From positions 416,001 to 480,000 of the forward strand of contig JBNKOC010000012.1 of NCBI GenBank assembly GCA_050294405.1: DNA of 64,000 nt, in the 5' to 3' direction. Shown here in pieces: positions 57,400 to 64,000 of the stretch (position 1 is its first letter; each line of letters opens with the position of its first letter). The position numbers and the translations under genes were made by a program. A model generated the notes under the pieces. The model had not been told where the DNA came from. It saw only the letters and a list, made by a program, of their open reading frames with translations, and searched no databases. The DNA comes from Fibrobacteria bacterium (GTDB lineage Bacteria; Fibrobacterota; Fibrobacteria; UBA11236; JADFYW01).

Positions 57400-59007
57400 A
57401 TGACTGAATTTATCTACGAACCGCTTTTTCAGCACGGAGAGGACAAAACAAAGTATCGATTGCTTAGCTCCGATTATGTAAAAACCTTTAATGTTAATGG
57501 AAAAGAGGTATTGGAAGTCGAACCCGAAGCCCTGGAATTATTGGCTGAACAGGCCATGAAGGACGTCTCTTTTTATTTGCGATCTGCCCATCTATCCAGC
57601 TTAAGAAAAATTCTGGAAGACCCCGAAGCTTCGGAAAATGATAAATTTGTGGCTCGCAACCTTTTGGAAAATGCCGTTATTGCCAAAGAAGGAAAACTTC
57701 CGTCTTGCCAGGACACCGGCACCGCTGTGGTTATGGCAAAAAAAGGAGGGCGGGTCTGGACCGATGAAAATGATTCGTTACATCTTTCCAAAGGGATATA
57801 CAAAACATACGCAGAAAATAACTTGCGCTATTCCCAAGTTGTAGCCCAATCCATGTTTGAAGAAAAAAATACAGGCACAAACTTACCCGCTCAAATAGAT
57901 ATATCTGCTGTGGCTGGAAATGAATATTCCTTTTTGTTCCTGGCCAAGGGCGGTGGCTCTGCCAATAAAACTTTTTTGTATCAAAAAACAAAATCCCTCT
58001 TAACGGAAAATGCCATGGTGAAATTTGTTAAAAAAGAAATATTAACATTGGGGACATCGGCATGCCCCCCTTACCATCTAGCCATTGTAATTGGAGGCAC
58101 ATCCGCTGAGAGCACTCTTAAAACAGTAAAATTGGCCAGCGCGGGTTATTTGGATAATCTGCCCACCAGCGGGAATGAACACGGCAGGGCTTTTCGGGAT
58201 TTGGAATGGGAAGAAAAAATTGCAAATATCGCCCTCAATACCGGTATTGGCGCTCAATTTGGAGGCAAATATTTTATTCACGATGTAAGGGTAATTCGCT
58301 TATCTAGGCACGCGGCTTCCTGTCCTGTTGGCATGGGGGTTAGCTGTAGTGCAGATAGAAACATTAAGGGAAAAATCACATCGAAAGGAATTTTTCTGGA
58401 ACAGTTGGAAACTGAACCTGAAAAGTATTTGGAAGGCATTGAAACCAGTGCCCAGGAAGCAGTGGCTGTGGATTTAAACCGGCCCATGGATGAAATTTTA
58501 AAGCAACTATCTCAATATCCCATTAAAACAAGGCTTTCGTTATCAGGGGATGTTATTGTGGCTCGTGATATGGCCCATGCAAAGGTAAAAGAGTTAGTTG
58601 ATTCAGGAAAAGAAATGCCGGAGTATTTTAAAAACCATCCCATATATTATGCCGGACCTGCTAAAACCCCTGAAGGAATGCCTTCGGGCAGCTTTGGTCC
58701 TACTACTGCGGGGAGAATGGACCCCTATGTTGATGGCTTTATGGCCCTGGGAGGATCTAAAATTATGTTAGCTAAGGGAAACCGAAGCAAAGCGGTTCGG
58801 GATGCCTGTAAAAAATACGGAGGCTTTTATTTGGGAAGTATTGGGGGACCCGCTGCAATTCTGGCTAAGCAAAACATCCTTAAAGTGGAAATGGTCGATT
58901 TTGAGGAATTGGGAATGGAAGCCATAAGGAAAATTTCTGTCAAAAACTTTCCTGCTTTTATTGTTTGCGACGATAAAGGGAACGATTTTTTTGAAGGCCT
59001 CAGCTAA
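57400..59007 (+). CDS. fumA: Class I fumarate hydratase (Fe-S)
   Basis: [33 protein letters not shown]. Confidence 0.93.
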   Translation: MTEFIYEPLFQHGEDKTKYRLLSSDYVKTFNVNGKEVLEVEPEALELLAEQAMKDVSFYLRSAHLSSLRKILEDPEASENDKFVARNLLENAVIAKEGKLPSCQDTGTAVVMAKKGGRVWTDENDSLHLSKGIYKTYAENNLRYSQVVAQSMFEEKNTGTNLPAQIDISAVAGNEYSFLFLAKGGGSANKTFLYQKTKSLLTENAMVKFVKKEILTLGTSACPPYHLAIVIGGTSAESTLKTVKLASAGYLDNLPTSGNEHGRAFRDLEWEEKIANIALNTGIGAQFGGKYFIHDVRVIRLSRHAASCPVGMGVSCSADRNIKGKITSKGIFLEQLETEPEKYLEGIETSAQEAVAVDLNRPMDEILKQLSQYPIKTRLSLSGDVIVARDMAHAKVKELVDSGKEMPEYFKNHPIYYAGPAKTPEGMPSGSFGPTTAGRMDPYVDGFMALGGSKIMLAKGNRSKAVRDACKKYGGFYLGSIGGPAAILAKQNILKVEMVDFEELGMEAIRKISVKNFPAFIVCDDKGNDFFEGLS

Positions 59008-59028
59008 GAGGCCTTGGAAATTAAACAA

Positions 59029-59784
59029 TTAAGCTTGGGCAGCCGCCTTGCCTTGAGCGGCAACAGCAGCCATGGCGGCCTTGATAGCTTCTTCATCACC
59101 CAGATAGTAATGTTTAGTGGGTTTTAAATTTTCATCTAACTCATAGACCAGCGGAGTTCCGGTGGGAATGTTTAATTTTAAAATTTCTTCCTGAGACATT
59201 TTATCCAGAAACATCACCAAAGCTCTGAGGCTATTTCCATGAGCGGCAATAATTAAGTTCTTGCCAGCTTTTACTTCGGGCACAATGGTGTTTTCCCAAA
59301 AGGGAACCACTCTTTCCACAGTTTCCTTTAAACTTTCAGTTTTGGGAAGCTCCGCTTCTGAAAGTGATTTGTATCTCGGGTCGTTGCCGGGATATCGCTC
59401 ATCAGATGTATCCAATTCCGGAGGAGGAACATCGTAGCTTCTACGCCAGATTTTTACTTGCTCTTCACCATGCTTGGCCGCTGTTTCAGACTTGTCCAGG
59501 CCCTGAAGCCCGCCGTAATGGCGCTCGTTCAGCTTCCAGGTTTTTTCCACAGGAATCCACATTAAATCCATCTCTTTTAAAATATTCCAAAGTGTTCCAA
59601 TGGCCCGTTTAAGAACAGATGTATAAGCCTTATCAAAAACAAAGCCGTTTTCCTTCAGTAATTTTCCGGCGGTTTTAGCTTCGCCTTCGCCTTTTTCCGA
59701 AAGGGACACATCGGTCCAACCTGTAAACCTGTTTTCCTTATTCCAAACGCTTTCCCCATGTCTTACCAGCACAATTTTATACAT
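59029..59784 (-). CDS. gpmA: 2,3-bisphosphoglycerate-dependent phosphoglycerate mutase
   Basis: [21 protein letters not shown]. Confidence 0.97.
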   Translation of the reverse strand: MYKIVLVRHGESVWNKENRFTGWTDVSLSEKGEGEAKTAGKLLKENGFVFDKAYTSVLKRAIGTLWNILKEMDLMWIPVEKTWKLNERHYGGLQGLDKSETAAKHGEEQVKIWRRSYDVPPPELDTSDERYPGNDPRYKSLSEAELPKTESLKETVERVVPFWENTIVPEVKAGKNLIIAAHGNSLRALVMFLDKMSQEEILKLNIPTGTPLVYELDENLKPTKHYYLGDEEAIKAAMAAVAAQGKAAAQA

Positions 59785-59884
59785 AAGCATTCCTTTCCAT
59801 TTTCCTGTTCAATATATTACAAATCGGGATGAATTACAAAATAGGGCAAAATTAGTTTTTTTTGCCTGTATTTAGCAGAACTGA

Positions 59885-60877
59885 CTATGGGGTGTCGGGC
59901 ATTAGCACATCGATTTCCTTTATTTCCTTGGCCTTATCAGCGCCATCATCTGAAAAATAAAAGTAACCGGCGGCAGCCCCGCCTACCATAAGGCCTGTGC
60001 CCAATCCTAAATACCACCATTTTTTAGTGGAAGGGGGTTTCACATATTCCGGGCCTTCTCCGGATCGCTCGTATTTCACCAGGTTTTCTTCCAAATCCGG
60101 TTCGGCATTAGGATCAATTTTTTGCCCGCTTACCCCATAAAAGTCCATAAAAAAGCGGTTTGTTTCTTCAGCAACATCCATCAAAAGTTCCTGGTTGGCG
60201 TGGAATACTAACTTGGTATAACCTTGACCATTTTTTGCGATACCGCGTTTTGTCTGTATTTTGTTAACCAGATTGGAGTGCATGGGCTCCATTACATCAG
60301 CTTCTTCCTTAGTATTCAAGAAACTCACAATGACTTTTTTCTTATCCATAGATAAAAACACAAACTTTTCTGGGGGAACCCTATCAAATTCGGATTTAAC
60401 CGAGAGACTGTTTTCCTCGTTACTGCGAAAGGCCATGGATTTAAGTATAGAAGGCTCTTCCTTTCTGTTGACTTCCAGCCAACTGAAAACTGCGCTTAAA
60501 TTGTTTTGGCTAACTTCGTTGCGAACGGGTATTTTTTTTTCCAGGTAAATAGTGACCTGAGTTTGGGTAATTCCTTCTTTTTGAATTTGATCAGCCTCAA
60601 TATGCTGGACCGGACGAAGAATTTCCAAATTGGGAACCACCGTAGTGGAGCATTCTTTGAATTGATACACCAATAAGGTGATGTTGCCATCTGAATTTGA
60701 ATTTAAATTGTACTCTGGAACCAAGGAGCTAAATTCAAATTTAACATAGGGTCCGTCCCTGTTTTCCAGAACTTTAATTCCTTCTAAAACTGTAGACCAA
60801 CTAGGCAATGCAGCCAAAAACAGAAATAATAAAATTGAGCCAGGTGCTGCCTTCCTGGATTTATACTTGAAAATCAA
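59885..60877 (-). CDS. Hypothetical exported protein, possibly AMIN-like domains, with C-terminal glycine-rich TM segment
   Basis: Signal peptide, two beta-rich repeats, WWYLGLGTGLMVGGAAAGY. Confidence 0.55.
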   Translation of the reverse strand: MIFKYKSRKAAPGSILLFLFLAALPSWSTVLEGIKVLENRDGPYVKFEFSSLVPEYNLNSNSDGNITLLVYQFKECSTTVVPNLEILRPVQHIEADQIQKEGITQTQVTIYLEKKIPVRNEVSQNNLSAVFSWLEVNRKEEPSILKSMAFRSNEENSLSVKSEFDRVPPEKFVFLSMDKKKVIVSFLNTKEEADVMEPMHSNLVNKIQTKRGIAKNGQGYTKLVFHANQELLMDVAEETNRFFMDFYGVSGQKIDPNAEPDLEENLVKYERSGEGPEYVKPPSTKKWWYLGLGTGLMVGGAAAGYFYFSDDGADKAKEIKEIDVLMPDTP

Positions 60878-61093
60878 AAATTGCCCTCGGAAAATTATTT
60901 TCTGCCAAAGCCCCTCGTCCCATTAATCCTAGCACAAGGTTTAATTTTCATCAATTTAAAAAACCGCGAGCCAAAATACCCAGGTTGAAAAGCTTAATTT
61001 GATAAAATTTAATTAAATCAAATAACTAAAAAAAATAAAAAAACTAAATAATTGGATTTTTATTCCATAATGGGAATTTTTCCCATTAAAGGC

Positions 61094-62122
61094 TTATTTG
61101 TTTGTGGCCAAATATTTTTTTCCCTCTTCGGATTGAGGGTAAGCCTTCAGCAATTTTTGGTATTCTTTTTTGGCCTTTTGTTTTTGGTTTTCGCTGGCCA
61201 GGGCATCGCAATACTGCTCCCAGGTTTTTTGATCCCGTTTTTCCTCAGGTATCTTGGAAAAGTGGCTGATGGCCTCCTTGTAATTTTCCCTTTTGAAATA
61301 AATTTTGGCCAATAGCCCGTGAACAGTGGGGCTTGGGTTTTTCATATTGTTAAAAAATATTTTTGCATGAGAATAGTTGCCCTGGAAAAAATAAAGAATA
61401 CCCTGTGCTTCCAACAGAGTTTCATCATTGGGAGTGGAGGTAATCAGGGCCATTAATTTTTGTTGAAACTTAGCGGTATCGATCTTTGTTTTTTGAAGTT
61501 TGTTTATGGCGGCAATCGTTTTGTGGAACTCCATTTTTTTCCCCAACTGGGAATCCCTATTTTGGTTGTCCACAGCCAATTCTTCCATTTGGGCTTGTCC
61601 TAACATGTTGGCAAAAAACAAATGGCTTCCCGGTGTCATGCTCAACTCTTCCAGAACCTGAACGTAATCAGGGTCAGCCCCATTAGATCCCTGTTTTTCC
61701 ATGAATTTTAAATAATTGATAGCCTGCACCATATCTTTGGGATTCATTTCAAATAACTTCTTATAGCACTCTTTTTGGCCCTGAATGGTTCCGGACTTTT
61801 TTAGGGATTTTAAATAACGGCTTATGTTTCGATAGTCTTTGGGAAACATATCCACCAACACCTTGTATACGTCCCGGGCAGAGCTCCAGTTCTCATCGTA
61901 CTCATAGGCTTCGGCCAAACCAGCCAAAATCATGGGGTTTTCCGGTTCTAACTTTTGGGCGATTTTATAGTTACTTATGGCCTTAGCATAGTCCTCTTCT
62001 TCCATAAATTTTTCAGCCTGCCCCAGCGCTTGTTTTAAATTATCTGGGCTAGGCCAGGCACAAATTATTCCGAAAACTATGCATATGTTGATTTTGCACA
62101 ATAACTTTACAACGGAATTCAT
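61094..62122 (-). CDS. Tetratricopeptide repeat protein
   Basis: Repeated A..Y..A..L.P and LA..Y patterns. Confidence 0.8.
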   Translation of the reverse strand: MNSVVKLLCKINICIVFGIICAWPSPDNLKQALGQAEKFMEEEDYAKAISNYKIAQKLEPENPMILAGLAEAYEYDENWSSARDVYKVLVDMFPKDYRNISRYLKSLKKSGTIQGQKECYKKLFEMNPKDMVQAINYLKFMEKQGSNGADPDYVQVLEELSMTPGSHLFFANMLGQAQMEELAVDNQNRDSQLGKKMEFHKTIAAINKLQKTKIDTAKFQQKLMALITSTPNDETLLEAQGILYFFQGNYSHAKIFFNNMKNPSPTVHGLLAKIYFKRENYKEAISHFSKIPEEKRDQKTWEQYCDALASENQKQKAKKEYQKLLKAYPQSEEGKKYLATNK

Positions 62123-62230
62123 AAATTCAACTTTTCCTATAATTGATTACTTCCCAATATTTATAATAAGGAAAAAATCAATTTTCACCTTGGTCTTTTT
62201 TAAAAAACGCTGGCTGGTTTTATAAATAGA

Positions 62231-62254
62231 CCCTTAAAATCCCTATTTTAAGGG
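62231..62254 (-). terminator. Stem-loop after the ABC permease, possible weak terminator
   Basis: CCCTTAAAAT-ccct-ATTTTAAGGG. Confidence 0.45.
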
Positions 62255-62258
62255 CTTC

Positions 62259-63380
62259 TTAGGCGGCTACACCGCTTTTTTTATGGAGGGCCCATTTGTC
62301 CAGGGCTACGGCGGTAGTTAATATCAGGCCTAATATCAGCTTTTGAACAGGAGAAGCTATTCCAACCTGTTCCATGCCATTGAGGATGCTTGCCATTAAA
62401 ACGGCCCCTAGTAAAGACATCCAAATTGATCCGGTACCTCCCTTTAAGCTGGCTCCCCCTAAAACGCAGGCTGCGATGGCGTAAAGTTCCTGGTAATCCC
62501 CTATATCCGGAGCGCCAGCCATAAGTTGGGTTGTGGCTACGGTTCCTGCGGCCAGAACCATTATAGCCATTAACATAAACACCAAAATGGTGATTTTAGA
62601 GGTGTTAACTCCTGCATAATATGCCGCCTCTGGATTAGATCCCACGGCGTACAATTGCCTGCCAAAACGGGTCTTGTTCGCTAAAAAACTATAAATTGCA
62701 GCCAGAACTACCATTAACATGGCGCAAAAAGGAATTCCCCTGTCCTGGTTGCAAACCAGAGTTATTCCAAGGCTTAATATACCAACCAGAAAAAACCTCG
62801 CAACCAACCCCAATGGAGCATCTGCTGGGATTTGTTTTGACTTTTGCCTTCTGATTTTAAGCAGGCCCGACATCAAAATTTGCAGGGGGATGTAGCAAGC
62901 AATAACCAGGGCTAATGTTTTTGGCAAGTATCCCTGGCCGATGTACAGATAGGTTTCATTTAAAATGGGAATAACGGGATTTGCAATTAAATGTTTAAGC
63001 CCCATATATGCCATAAGACCGGAAAGCGTTACAATAAACGATGGCACCTTTAAATACACCACACATATTCCATGTATAAGGCCCATGGTTAAGGCTAAGC
63101 AAATTCCAATTACAAATACAACTGGCAAAGGCAATTGCTGATTTGTTAGAAAGTAGGCGCCATAGGCGCCTAAAAGGCCTAGGCCCGAACCGACTGATAA
63201 GTCAATGTGGCCGTTTACTATGACTAATGTCATGCCGATGGACAATAGGCCAACCACAGAAACATATTTAAAGAGATTTACGAAATTGGCCGGATTGAAG
63301 ACGGCTCCATCCGATAAAAAATGAAAGAGTAAAAGTATAAGCGGTATAGCCACTAAAAGGGTTATTAGTCTTTGATTCAT
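62259..63380 (-). CDS. Monosaccharide (xylose-type) ABC transporter permease, XylH-like
   Basis: GHIDLSVGS, VPSFIVTL, TRFGRQLYAVGSN, ELYAIAACVLGG. Confidence 0.88.
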   Translation of the reverse strand: MNQRLITLLVAIPLILLLFHFLSDGAVFNPANFVNLFKYVSVVGLLSIGMTLVIVNGHIDLSVGSGLGLLGAYGAYFLTNQQLPLPVVFVIGICLALTMGLIHGICVVYLKVPSFIVTLSGLMAYMGLKHLIANPVIPILNETYLYIGQGYLPKTLALVIACYIPLQILMSGLLKIRRQKSKQIPADAPLGLVARFFLVGILSLGITLVCNQDRGIPFCAMLMVVLAAIYSFLANKTRFGRQLYAVGSNPEAAYYAGVNTSKITILVFMLMAIMVLAAGTVATTQLMAGAPDIGDYQELYAIAACVLGGASLKGGTGSIWMSLLGAVLMASILNGMEQVGIASPVQKLILGLILTTAVALDKWALHKKSGVAA

Positions 63381-64000
63381 ACCAGCATGGCCCCTGTAGC
63401 TAGTGATAAAATTTCTTCAGCCAAATTAGGATTTCCTTCAAATTCTTTAACAATAGTCCCGCTGTTCATAACATAAATCCTGTGAGACAAATTTAAAACT
63501 TCTTCATTTTCAGAACTACATAAAATAATGCATATGCCCATTTGAGCCAATTCGTTGATTAACTTGTATATTTCAAATTTTGCACCCACATCAATTCCCC
63601 GGGTAGGATCGTCCAGGAGCAACAACTTAGGATTTGTAAGCAAGTATCGGCCAATAATTAATTTTTGCTGGTTTCCCCCGGATAATTTGCTAATAAGAGT
63701 ATTATGAGATTCAAATTTAGCAGATAACTTAGTGCGTATTTCCTCAACATTCTTCCATTCATTCGCTCCCTTTATTACTCCCCATTTTGAGATACGCTTT
63801 AAGGAGCTGAGTGTAACATTTTTGGCAACAGATTTATCCGGAAAAATACCCTTTTTCCTTCTATCCTCACAAACCAAGGCGATTCCTTTTGAAGCAGCCT
63901 GAGAGGGGCTATTTATTTTTCGAGTTTGTCCTTCTATATACATGGCTCCACTGAACTTTCCATTTTGAACTCCCCCAATACATTCCAGAAGTTCTGTTCG
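63377..64000 (-). CDS. Sugar ABC transporter ATP-binding protein (XylG-like), 5'-truncated
   Basis: Frame is open to the window edge (RTELL...), EDRR, LSGGNQQK, PTRGIDVGAK. Confidence 0.9.
   Translation of the reverse strand, partial: RTELLECIGGVQNGKFSGAMYIEGQTRKINSPSQAASKGIALVCEDRRKKGIFPDKSVAKNVTLSSLKRISKWGVIKGANEWKNVEEIRTKLSAKFESHNTLISKLSGGNQQKLIIGRYLLTNPKLLLLDDPTRGIDVGAKFEIYKLINELAQMGICIILCSSENEEVLNLSHRIYVMNSGTIVKEFEGNPNLAEEILSLATGAMLV

Noticed and set aside
58994..59015. Hairpin AAGGCCTC-agctaa-GAGGCCTT at the fumarase stop
   Set aside because: There is no U tract in either direction, so it cannot be called a terminator.
1..64000. CRISPR array, prophage, integrase, transposase or defence genes
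   Set aside because: No regularly spaced repeats or recognisable cas, phage or transposase ORFs were seen.

Overview
Bacterial chromosomal window, AT-rich (roughly 40% GC by eye), densely coding and mostly housekeeping or envelope genes. A Fibrobacter-type SOS box upstream of recA, several lipoproteins and TamB/Omp85 genes suggest a diderm, possibly Fibrobacterota (inference). Left to right it contains: (i) the tail of an EB_dh/DOMON-like heme-b protein, then an operon of a NirJ/Ahb-like radical SAM-SPASM enzyme with a C-terminal PCP_red-like (BchB C-terminal) domain, a 1096-aa multidomain protein (split-barrel + 2 USP + 2 rubredoxin-like + 6 PCP_red-like repeats) and a YwiC-like membrane protein; (ii) a long-form pyruvate:ferredoxin oxidoreductase directly downstream of a complex I cluster that lacks NuoEFG and has a NuoB-NuoC fusion; (iii) cinA-recA, mutY, rplU-rpmA, glpD, ndk, tRNA-Gly(CCC), PPIases, tamB/omp85, a sigma54 two-component pair, cysH, class I fumarase, gpmA and part of a xylose-type ABC transporter. 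Non-coding highlights are two diverged copies of a MITE/RPE-like element and a palindromic element that base-pairs with the tRNA-Gly 3' end. The first ~6 kb operon is the best candidate for an undescribed system. All family assignments come from motif recognition, not database searches.
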